A stretch of DNA of 53,946 bases, counting the filler, from Basidiobolus ranarum (Eukaryota): assembly GCA_040143965.1 (NCBI GenBank). It is 2 parts of 2 records of this genome, joined end to end, with 100 filler letters (N's around TTAATTAATTAA, not from the genome) between each part and the next. Parts side by side here need not be neighbours in the genome. Positions count along the whole stretch, not along the records: positions 1 to 26,927 come from JASJQH010007003.1; 1 more part is not named here. One strand, given 5' to 3'. The notes under the pieces were generated by a model. That model was given only the letters and a program-made list of their open reading frames with translations, searched no databases and had not been told where the DNA came from. The translations under genes and the position numbers were made by a program. Of the stretch, positions 1 through 13,689 are shown piece after piece (position 1 is the first letter of the stretch; every line of letters starts with the position of its first letter).

Positions 1-262
1 AGTTCATGTTACCACGACCATATCTTTGGCCCATATTTCTACGACGACCGAATTCCATGTCTTCATCGTTGTTCATGTTACCGCGACCATATCTTTGGCC
101 CATATTTCTACGACGACCATATTCCATCTCCATATCTTGGTTATTTTCCATGTGGTGACGGTTTGATTGACGACCACTAAGACCACGGTTGTTGTTTTCT
201 TCAAAGTGAGAATTCATTCCGTTGCGACGATCCATGGGAGTTTGTTCGAATTGGTTGTTCAT
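1..262 (-). CDS. Low-complexity R/N/G/M-rich repeat protein, runs off the left edge of the window
   Basis: ATG at 262 opens MNNQFEQTPMDRRNGMNSHFEENNNRGLSGRQSNRHHMENNQDMEMEYGRRRNMGQRYGRGNMNNDEDMEFGRRRNMGQRYGRGNMN with no stop. TATA-like GTATAAAAG lies ~65 nt upstream on the minus strand. CGT/AAC/GGT codon preference resembles the highly expressed genes here. Confidence 0.7.
   Translation of the reverse strand, partial: MNNQFEQTPMDRRNGMNSHFEENNNRGLSGRQSNRHHMENNQDMEMEYGRRRNMGQRYGRGNMNNDEDMEFGRRRNMGQRYGRGNMN
2..127. repeat. 69-bp coding tandem repeat (at least 2 copies, 23 aa unit)
   Basis: GTTCATGTTACCRCGACCATATCTTTGGCCCATATTTCTACGACGACC occurs at 2 and 71; differences are mostly synonymous or conservative. 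Confidence 0.9.
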
Positions 263-1370
263 ACTAAGAAAGACAAGAGTTGATATGCTTGATAGTGATA
301 ATGAAGTGTGGCGATGAGTTGCTTTTATACTCGTTAAGAATATATTCATGGTTTGTCTATGAGCATATGGTAGAATCCACTAATATGTACGATTCTATTA
401 CAAATCTAACATAAAATTTGAAATCCCCACGCTTCATATTAGAGTTTTCTTTCAATTGTGAGTGGTGGCTTAGCAATATTCATCATAATACGCAAGACGA
501 CTAGGAACAAAAATGAAAGATCGAATCAAAAAACGAGAATTCAACCAGATATCCTTGACATCTAACCTATACTTAGAGTTGATATGTACATGCAGCTATC
601 CTTGGATTCGATGAACATTTCTTATAGAGAGAATACCAAGAACATCTAGAAGAGGCTTAGACTTAACTTCATAGCATGGATATGTAAGACACTAATTTAG
701 ATAACACTCACTTCTGACATTCCAGATAGATCATTTGGTGCCACCAATTGAACAATGCGAGCTAAGCACATTCGGAGGAAAGAGAAGTCTTGGTTGAATC
801 GCTCAATTATTAGTTTAAGTATTGATCTGATTCATTGACCACGTAATGATGTATCAAGAATATAGTTGTATACACCACAATACGACATACATCGCAATCA
901 CATGCAATTCATTGACTTGAATAAAATGTGGCTTAGATGAGTTTGGGTAATGGGTAACTTTGGAAGGTAATTCAAAGGATAATTTGGAGGGTAAATCGAC
1001 GCTGCTTTTACATACCAAGTTTTCGATCAACCTACTGTGATAATGTACGTAATCGACTGAAGTTTCGATTCTCTCTTATCACTAACTCCATACTATTATT
1101 GGTAGGAATCAACCTTCAGTAGTAAATGTTAAAATGGTGTTGCATTGTAAAGCGAATTGATTTTAGTTATTTTGTTTTAAAGAAAAGGCCAACTCAGTTA
1201 CACTAACAAAATGGAAAGTAGTCCCAAATAATAACAGTTAAAAAAACGGTATTTCAAATATACACATCGTAACATAGTCTTTCGTGTCAAACTACTGTGG
1301 ACTTTCACAAAGTAAATCGAATGATAACTCTTCTATGGACTATCGACTAATCGAATGGCAAAGCTAAAGA

Positions 1371-4300
1371 TTATTGTACATATTTACGGAGCTCGAAGCA
1401 GAGGGAGCTGATAGATTGAAAACCTTGGGGAGAAGTCTTCTGAATAATATCGCGAATAGTGGTATCCCTAAAATAATATCAACTAATTAGTGCATGCTAA
1501 AAAGAAACAGAGTTAAATTGTACATACTTGAACGCTCCGTAAACATGTTCAAAACTCCAATTAAGCTTATTCAAATCATTGAGATCGACGCTAATCTTGA
1601 GGAAAAATTTCGTTCTAGAGTCAGGTCCGAAGAAGAGAGCATGAATATCAAAATGTCCTTCCTGATCCATCGAAATTTCAATGGGAAGCTTATAACGGGT
1701 AGTAACTATATCCTTCTCAAAAGCTTGGAAAGTATGGTACCGAGAAGCGACAAGACTCAATACTTCACTAAACGTGGGAACAACCGACGAATTCTCAAAT
1801 AATTTTTGAATTTCATGTCGGAGCCAATTAAGGCCAAGTTCACTAACATTATCTTTGGTACTGGCTTCAGTGGAAACGTTGGAAATGACCACAGCATCCC
1901 ATCGTTTAGTTGTAAAGGCTTCGATAGATGCAGATACTTGGATGGCATTATCATAGATAAGGGTGGTATTGTCTGAAGATACATGGACGGGTTTCCAAGA
2001 AAACAACGATTCAAGTAAACTGTATTCCTCCTGAGTTGAGGTAAGATCTTCGTCGGAACAGAATTTGAGATCTTCGAACGCTGTGTTTGCTTGGTCAATC
2101 GCCTCAACCAAAGTATTTTTTTGATTCTCTAGCTCTCGAAGTTTCGCTAACAATTTCTCCTCTTCACTAGCGATCTCGTTTTGCTCTTTTTTGAAGATGT
2201 CCAATTGTGAATTTTGCTCAGCTATAGCCTCTTGGAGATTTTCTAGCTGCTCTAGCTGGTCTTTCAGTTCTGATTCCTGTAAGCTTTGCTCTTGTTGCAA
2301 CTTTAAGGTTAATGAATCAGAATAATCTTGAATCTCAGTAAGCATATATCCGATTCGTTCTTTGAATTCGACAACTTGCTTGGAATCTTTTTTCAAATTC
2401 TCTAACGTCTCCTTAAGTGTAGATATTACGGGACTGAGGAGTTTTTCGCGCCAGTTGTACCACATGTATTTGGTTGCGAGATCCGAATGTTGTTTGAGTA
2501 CATTGAATTGACTAGCAATTTCCCCACGGATCTCATCCGAACTCTCATAATACTCCTTCATTAAAGGAGATGGATCCTCATTAAGCTCTTTTTCAATAGT
2601 TTGAACCGCAGATGTGCCTTGCATGATATTCTGTTTAAGTTCTTGACAGCAGAATTCCAATAATTGTAACTCAGAGAAAAGAACTGCACTTGTTTGAACG
2701 TAATCTACTGGAGATGGAGCTTTATCATCAATTTCAAGAGGAATGGCATCTTCTTGAGGTAGTTCGTGCTCTCTAAAGGACACGCCGACCGATTTAAGAA
2801 AATCTTCAACACCAACTGGAGTAGCTTTTTTGCTTTGTTCATCGAAAGAGAATTCTGTTTCAGGGAGCTCTTGGTGTAATATATTCTCTTCAGTATCGTA
2901 AAATTGGGCACTGCACATGGAATCGTCCATATTTACTTCAAACTGTTTTTCATCAAGACCAACGCTGACAGTAGGTGGCGTAGATGACTTTTGTGCAAGA
3001 AGAGTTGGTGACTCCTGCTCTACATTTGGCACTTCACTTTTGGCTGCAGGCTTGATGGGAGTGTTTTCCAAGGGCAATAAAGTAGACGGCTCATCGATCG
3101 AAAGGATATTTTCAGATTCTTGAATGTCTGTTGTAGATATTTCCATGGATATATCGGAATTATCAAACTCATCAGATGGCGCGACATTCTCAAATCGTTG
3201 TGTTAGATTTGTTCCAGAAGGGACAGCCTCAGATGAAATAGGCCAAGATTTAGAGTCAGTAGAAATCGGAGTACTAGAATCAATTTGGTTAACAATGCCA
3301 CCCAAACATTGAGTAAAGTCCATAGGAATAGTCTCAGTATTGTCTTTCAAATCTTTTTGAAGGTCTTCAGTTGTATCTTGCTTTTCATTCTGTATTCCTC
3401 CTACACATTGGGTCAAGTCCATCGGAAGCGATTCGGTTTGTTCGTGCGTGGATTGGTCAAGAGTAGCATCTGTTACGTCGAAAGCAGCATTATGTGATGT
3501 CTTTGAAGAGGAAGACTGGGACAGGGACTCTACACCGGCGCCAATACACTCTGTAATTTCCATAGTCACATCTTCTGCTGGCAGCTGCTCATCAAAATCG
3601 TGTGGTTCTTTCTGCTCAATAATTCCACCAAGACATTTGGTTTCATCCATGGGAAGAGACTCCGTAACATCTTGAGTTTGTAACGGGCGACGAATACTTG
3701 GCTTGGATGGGCTATCAATGAATGGGATTTCTCCAGTATTACCGGCGAGATCCATAGGGACGCTTTCAGTTTCATCTTCGTCTAGCAATTGAAATTATAT
3801 TTCATGAATATCAATACCACAAAATGTATAAAAAAATCGCTTACTGTCATGCTCATTAGCACGATCAAACATATCAAATGCTTGAATCTTTTGAGCATCG
3901 TGATGAGAATTGTTCTTCTGATGATTTCCAAATCCACCGAACCCTCCAAAGCCAACATCTTGTACAAGTGGACGGCTGGGTATCCCCCAAGAAACTGAAG
4001 AGGGAAAATGTGTGATAGGATTGCTTGTTAAGCTCTTCTTAGACTCAGAATTGCTAGTATCAATATCCTCTTCAACTCGCGAGATTACTTCAGTGGTTAC
4101 TTGGTCTTGTATAGAATCTAAACAATATGAGTTAAATATAGCGAATTTTAAAAAAGTTATATCATTATATATATACCTTTATCAGCAACGAAACTTTCGC
4201 TGAGGTCCATATCAGAGCTATCAAGTTTGAGTGTGGCTTCTTCGCTGTCTGTGCTTGGAGTCAAATTTAAATCCTGGGTACTACCATCTTGAGGTAATAC

Positions 4301-5250
4301 TTCTTCGATATTCTCTTCTTCTACAACCGATAAATCCTCTTTGTTGAGTTTCTTTCCACCTAGAACATCTTCCTCGTCATCTGTAAACCCTTTGACATTA
4401 ATCTCGAAGCTACGATCACTACAATTTTATCTTAATCAGGTGTATTATAAGTATATTTACAATCTAACAACTACGTACTGTGCATCGGAACCACCTTCTG
4501 AATGGTAGGATGTATCAGTTTCAGTACTTTTACTTTCATCTAGAGATAAACGCAGATCAAACGCATTACTAAAAAATGTATACTAGTTAGCTTACTTTCT
4601 TGGCAGAAAAAAATAGTTTTAAATATGAACCTGGTACGAGCAACCGACGACAAGTCAGGTATCTGGAACAAACTTTCTCCGACAACTTTATCTTCCGATA
4701 CGTCAAATTCAGGCGGAAGTGAGAACAGTGGGGTTTCTTTATCCTCATGTTCAACTGAGCTTCCCTCTTGTCCGTCATTTTTCCAATCTTCGTTTTCCTT
4801 GTCGAAAAGTCTAGTATGAAGAGAATATATGAGCCATTCGAAGATTGTAAAGAAGTTTCTTGACGACTAAGGCTTACCTAACATGTGCAGTAGCAGCGAA
4901 ACTCACTCTACGTCCAACAGTTTTCCGGATTTTTTTTCTTTGATCACTTATGTATGGTATTAGTATAGAGCTCAAAGTTAGGAAGTAGAAAACTGTACAA
5001 TCTGCACCTGGTACTAGATTCCACCTCATATTCGCGCTCAGTTTCTAAAGTGATGGTGTTCGATTCACTTTCAACTTCTTCATTACCCCTTAGAATGCTT
5101 CTAGCAGGTAACTTTTTGAGTTTTAAATATAGAATAATATAATTAATAAAAAAAGAGTAGAAATTGAGAGAACAAGTAAACTGTTACCGTAATTCTTCTT
5201 TTTTTTGAATCTTGGATATCTTCCTCCACTTCCTTATTCTCTTCTGCCAT
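1371..5250 (-). CDS. SPC105: Kinetochore scaffold Spc105/Spc7/KNL1 (multi-exon)
   Basis: N-terminal exons encode ARSILRG (SILK-like) and GRRVSFA (PP1 docking). The middle has MELT-like repeats (MDLAG, MDETK, MEITE, MDLTQ, MDFTQ, MEIST). A coiled coil and WYNWREKLL Spc7-type C-terminal region follow. Last exon ends ELRKYVQ* at 1371. Confidence 0.92.
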
Positions 5251-5994
5251 TTTATTTGGAGCCTTTGAGAATAATTCGTCGGAATTTGGTAAGCTTTGCC
5301 TTCTATCCATTAGTTAATAGAGTGTGTGTGGAAGTGTCGCGTGAAATTTTCGAGTTCTGTTGTCGTGTTCAATAAGTCTTTGTTATTTTGAAAGAATGAG
5401 AAATTATTGGTCACGGTATTATGTAAACAAGCCTATTTAATAGTCATATATTTGAATTTAATTTGATTACTTCAAAAGCTAAAATCGATAATTTCCCAAA
5501 CTACAGATCACCTAGTCATAGAGTAATCTAATCAGGATTGAATTAAATGCTCGTGATATACCTGAACCGAGCATACATTTGAAGTAAGACTTATCGTGAA
5601 ACATCGTTCACTACGCAGCTTATCATAGCACCAATTGTCAAAGTTCGCAGTATAGGATTTAATGCTCACACGTAACTGGCAATAGTACAGCTAGTGTTGA
5701 GCTTCAACTCCCAAAATCTACTTACATTTGAAGCGCTGGGATTATACTATTTCCTAGATATGGTTCAATGTTACGCTTTTACTGTGAGATAATCGTCATT
5801 ATCCATAGGTGCGTTTGATATTAAACTTGCTTGGCATATGGTTAGATCTAGGATAGCTTTACAACTTTGATCTTTTTACTCTGATGCAGACTTTTTTTGG
5901 GACACGCTTTCCATACATATAGTCCTCTTGTCCCTTTCGTTAACTGCCAACCTACTCAACAGTAATCCTTGCGTTCCATATATTCATACAAACG

Positions 5995-7298
5995 ATGGTT
6001 ACAACGCCTCAAACGTCTAGCTCTACATATCCGTTTTGGATCGGAGGTGAGTTTCGTCTTTTTCAAGCCATAATTGACTTGGGGGCTATTCAAGTCTTTC
6101 TTGTATTGTATATCCTTGTTGGTTTGAAGTTAATTGAGCTATTATTTCAGGTGCGGCCGCAATGTGGGGTACTGTTTGTACTCACCCTTTTGATGTAGTT
6201 AAAGTTAGACTTCAAACAAATGAGACTCGAGCAAGTGTCGGTGCTATTCAAACCTTGGCCAATACCATAAAGAGTGAAGGGCCGTTAGCAATCTACAATG
6301 GCTTAAGTGGAAGTCTTTTCAGACAAGCTGTGAGTTATAAAGATGCACATACATTCGAAATTTCTATTAATACTCTTTCATAGACTTACTCCACTACTCG
6401 GTTTGGAGTATATGATATCTTAAAGAGGAAGGTTGTCAATGAAAATGGTATCTTATAGCTTCTACTCTAATTTGCCATATTTCCGAATCTTAGTGTATTT
6501 TGCTTTTCTAGACACCATTCCAGTGTGGAAATCACTACTAATATCCATGATATCAGGTAGATTATGGATTATTATTCCAAATGTTGATATTTATTTATCG
6601 ATGTGACGATTATAGGATGCCTAGGTGGAATGGTTGGTAATCCTGGGGATGTTTTGACGATTCGAATGGCCAATGATGGTAAACTCCCATTTGAGTTACG
6701 TAGAAATTACCGGCATTGCTTCGATGGTCTTTACAAAATCATCAGAGACGAAGGTGTTTTGGGCCTATTTCGCGGAGTTGGCCCCAATACGGTCAGAGCA
6801 GTATTTATGAATAGTTCACAGTTGGCTAGTTATGATCAGTTCAAGCAGGCCCTATTACTTAAGCTTCACTTCCGAGACGACATATACACACATTTCTCTT
6901 CAAGTCTTCTTGCGGTAATTATCCTCTGTCATGTTGATCTTGATTGTATCCTAACCACTTGTCGATCACATCTATAGGGTCTTGTAGCAACAACAGTATG
7001 TGCACCTGTCGATGTCATCAAAACACGTGTTATGAATTCAGCCAAACAAGAGGTGATTGCTTAGTTTACTAAAATATTTAGTTTAGTCAAATTATTAACA
7101 TTCAAACTCAACTTTTCCTAGAACGCCATCGCTGTTCTTACACACATTTTACGAAACGAAGGCCCTAGAGCCTTGTTTAAGGGTTGGCTTCCAGCCTATA
7201 TGCGCCTTGGCCCCCACACCATAATTACCTTTTTAACCCTGGAGCAGATTAGACAGTTGTGGGATAGTCGGAGAGAAATCCCCGTAGTCACTATTTAG
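5995..7298 (+). CDS. DIC1: Mitochondrial dicarboxylate carrier (SLC25A10-like, multi-exon)
   Basis: YPFWIGG, THPFDVVKVRLQ, GNPGDVLTIRM, RRNY and SQLASYDQFKQ are carrier signatures typical of Dic1; GT-AG introns join the ORF fragments in frame. Confidence 0.88.
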
Positions 7299-8016
7299 AA
7301 AAGAACCATCATGTTATCCACACCAAGTTTTCTCATTGCAGAGCCATTCATCCTGCGTACTCATTTCATTCAGTGAACACATATTAATCCTGATCTCTTG
7401 TGGCACAGTGCTGCTCTGAGGATGAGGATTATCACTCCCTAATACATGATACCTTTTTACCAAGATATGAGCAAGTGTAAATAAGTTAGTCTCCTATATA
7501 ATCTGATGCAGTTAAAGTTTAACCCGCTCTTTTAGCACACATTGCCTATAAATAGACCTGAACTAAACAAATACGATGTCATAGGCTTCATTGGCGCTTA
7601 GATAATCGTTTTGAGTGAGACTTACCGGCTTTCAGCAATTGGATCTTTGTAATGGGGCCACTCAGTGTTACAGATGAGGAACCCGAGTATTTTGAAGAAC
7701 TTGGTGTACACCTGATATTTTGTTGCTAAGATCACATGTCACTATGACGCAGGTCAAAGAAGTGCTGTTTCAATTAATTAATGTACACTTTACCCAAATA
7801 TAGTAAGAGGAGTGAAAGTTATGTAATCGGTTTATGGGACTCCTGCCTCCAGTTACATCATTCTGATTTGCAATCTGGTCCGAGCTATGCTCACACAATG
7901 ATATAAGCTTTGCTGAGAAACATATTATGCTTTCTCCCTTTGCCACTTATCTTTACCTCTCAATAATTAACGTTTCTAATTTTTAGCCTTTGGAAGGTTG
8001 AATATATGTAAATATC

Positions 8017-10887
8017 ATGGCTTTTAACTCTCACCCCATAGAAAGCCTTTCAGACAAACTGAAGAACATTGACAACAACTTAAGTCAGACTGTTCACGAA
8101 GTGGAAAAAGATTTAGCTCATGGTTTACTATATAGCGCTAAGCTAAAGATATTTTCAGCTATGTTAAAATTCCAAAATGTTCCTGAATTTGAGGTATTAT
8201 CACGCACTCTCATGAGTAAACTAGCTATGACGAGCTTCTTAAGCGTATTGCTCTCCAATACTATCTAGATACTTGCATTTCGAGCTGCCTTAGCTGAAGG
8301 CTGTCACTCTTCTGCAATGAATTGGCTTAAGCAAATGTCAGTAGGAATATGTTGTCTATGTTCAGTGTAATTCGCCATTAATTCTTGAAATCCCAGTCGT
8401 GGCAAATATTCGAACACAACAAGCTATTGCAGATTCATAGTCAACCTTGCTCATTTTGGATTGCATCGTTGTCAAGCTTGCTATTGGAGTGAGTATTACC
8501 TCTTATATATCTCTAAGCTTAGCTCTGACGATTGTATTTAACGACACAGTTGTTGGACTTCATTCGTTCAGATTAGTAATTCAATTACATTGATAGAGTT
8601 TCTAGATGCGGCAGATCCTATCTTACGGAAAGTAGTATTGTTAGATGCAGCGGGTATTTTGATTCATTGATGATAGTTACGTGAGGGTTAAGGGCTAAAA
8701 TGATTAATTGACGACTTTAGAGTTCCTTTGGCGGGAAAAGCAATTGTTGGAGTCTATGCGAGTCTACGGTTTACTGTTCATGTATTCTCCCGAATCCATC
8801 CTTCAGTATGGTGTAAGTTAACCATAGAAAATAACTCCCTTGAATGCTGCTATAATTTTACAAACAACTGACTGTTAACCTTATGTAGGTACCGATTTTC
8901 AAGTCGATTATTGAGAAGGAGTTGAGTGACCAGGAACTTCCAGTGTTTACCTCTTATCGTGGGTTTTTAGGTGTTTCAAGTTAATTCAAATGTACTCTAG
9001 ATCGATTGCTTGCTAACTATCGTTGTGGGGGAGGATTCAGCCGAGTATATATCTCCATTGGTATTTAAATACAACCTCCATATTACTCGATCCTTAGTCC
9101 CAATGGTGTTTGATCAAAAGAACAAGCCAGGCTGTATACGCCTTGAGTATGCTGATTTGGTTAAATACATCGAAATCACCCAAAGTTACTACCTGGCAAA
9201 GAAGGAATGGAGCCGAATGTATGAATTCTTCGTGCAAGCCATGTGTAGTTCTGGATATCTGAATATGGATTGGTAAAGTCTTCCTGTTTTGATAACTTCG
9301 AAGCCAACATACTCAATTGCTACAGCAAAATCGTCAATTTTAAGGATTCTTTGGGATCAGGGCTTTTGTACCCGGATCGATTGCTGCACTATGTCGATAG
9401 TCATGATCGATTTCCTGGCGAACTTCGTTCTATTCTTTATTGCTGTTGTTTTGTGCAAATTGCGTACGAATACTTCTTAGCAACATTCGGACCAAGAGAT
9501 TCGCAAAAAGTCTTGTCAGGTTAGTGCGATATAGTTAACGGGGTGCGTTGGTATGGATTCTAATCGTACGTTTAGAATTTGGTAGAACGTTGATGATTCC
9601 AGTAAATTGCGACGGCAGGAATGTCGAGCGAAAAGGAAAAAACTTAGAGGTCACTTTCGAGTCAATAAGTAAAACTGCAATTACTCCTAATGGTGTGACA
9701 GTCAGTCAACTAAACTTGAACATTCGAAACAATCCTACAGTAAAAGACTTACCCATGACCGATCCTTGCCTGAAGAGTTTTACGATTTTAAAATCGGCCG
9801 GCAACATACTCGAATTACTACAAAGGATGTCGCCTAATTTTGAGCAAGGTACCACCTGATATTTGTTTCATTTATCTCGCACGAGACTTATTATTTTAAT
9901 GCTTAGAGATGAATTCATTTTTCGTCCGCTGGAAAGTTCCTCATTATTTGGTCAACGCGGCTATACTCTGCCGGGCTGACTGGGAGCTATACCAGGTTGA
10001 GTCTATTTGATCATACATCAACAAGACTGTGCCCGACTAACTTTGAGATACCATAGAAATCTTATCCAAAAGCCAATACGCTGTACAAGACATTTATCGA
10101 TCAATTTCAGCGAGAAGAGCCAGAGCCGGGCGTGGAAACTCAACCTAGACTAAGGCACAACCCATTGATTCCGTTTCGGATTCTTTATTGTCGGGGTCTT
10201 ATATATGGGATTCTTGAAGATTTTCATCAGGCAAGATTAAACTTACTTCCTATACTTTGCTCGTTACCGTTTACTAGTACCAGCGATCTTTCTATGAACG
10301 ATAAGCATCACAGCATAGTGCCATTTCGTATTGCAGGGGCTACAGAATTGATAGCCAGTGCATTTAATCAGGTCCTTGATGCATACGAGCTAGACGTGCG
10401 AAGAAATGGGCCCAATGATATCTTATTGGGAAATTTCGCAACTCTATTTCAATACACAATTCAAAAGAAACCATACAGAACTACGTTGTTTCGAGAAATG
10501 TTAGGCCGTCTTGAGAATTTTCACTATCCGGAGCTCTTCAACCACCTATTTGGTATGTATATATATATCAGCCATGCGATCATTCAACAGCATCATATTT
10601 ACATTCTACTTGCATATTAGACGAATATATCATTCACTCCCTATACGAATACTGCGTTAGGAATAACAGAGTACTGTGGCTTCGATATTTCAATTATTGC
10701 GCCATGCTTTTAACACTGCTTTCAGTCTAGCTTCTCCGGCTCATTTGATTTGCCTTGGACCATCGAAAAATTCAAAGCAAAATTCACACACACAACACAC
10801 GCAAGTTCGACTTCTGAGGATCTCAAAGCACTATTTATTCACACGGCTAGACGCGCCTATACACGGGAGCTTTGCATGTCTTCTTAA
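8017..10887 (+). CDS. INTS10: Probable Integrator complex subunit 10-like helical-repeat protein (multi-exon)
   Basis: Spliced product has LYSAKLKIFSAMLKF, SPESILQYGVPIFKSIIEKE...PVFTSYRGFLAEYISPLVF, LVKYIEITQSYY and NDILLGNFATLFQY...NFHYPELFNHLFD. These are colinear with motifs I recall from metazoan INTS10. Confidence 0.62.
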
Positions 10888-11291
10888 AATCCAAACCCAC
10901 CACCATGGATTCATGGTTGTGAGCACAAAGATTGTACAATACTCGACAGACTATAAATGTCTTGCAACATGTATCTTTTCTCTTGTAACATAGATCTCTT
11001 TAATCCAGTTGCTCTTAGATTAAGAGTGTATTATTTATTGTGCTGCAAAATGTCAACACTCATCTAAAACCACCACATATTCTCTATTCTTATACGTTGA
11101 ATTATCATAATTGATAACAGTAATCTCATGAAATGCGATGATATGTGATCAAATCAATGACAAAGCCGCCCTGCTAGCAGTACAATCTAATAAAATACTC
11201 GATTAATTTCCCATATCCTAGATTCTCCTCCAGGCTATCATTTGAAAGCCCACCTTTCTATTTTACAGGTGTCCTAAAGGTTTACTTTTCA

Positions 11292-13237
<1,946 letters not shown>

Positions 13238-13689
13238 CGGATTAACTTGTTTTATTATTTAATTGGAAGATTTTCTAGATAATTTCCTTTATAGCAAAGT
13301 GATTGCTATTAATTTTAATTTCCATTTATTGGAAGCAATGATAATGATGTTTGATACTATTTTGTTTCGCGTCTCATCCTCGCGTTTTATGTAGTCATAA
13401 ATATTCGTTATTGAGGAAGATGTCTTTGTTGTGTAAGCTCTTTTACAACGCTTTTATTAGTAAATATTTATCCCGACTGCTGTTATGATTTATTGTGCTC
13501 TCACTTGTCCATGACTGAACAAGGCATCTATATAGGTATTTCGTTCCTTATATATGCTGCGTTAGAGTGATTAAATGCTTGGAAGTGAAGGCTGCGGCAA
13601 ATCATTTCATCACGTGAATACAATTGGTGAATTCATAACAGACTTTAAAAACATAGATGTTATTGTTTATGATAATTTCTCTGGAAACG

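Noticed and set aside
3100-3110. ATATCCTTT on the minus strand inside SPC105
   Set aside because: Lies within a continuous 763-aa open frame; no intron is needed.
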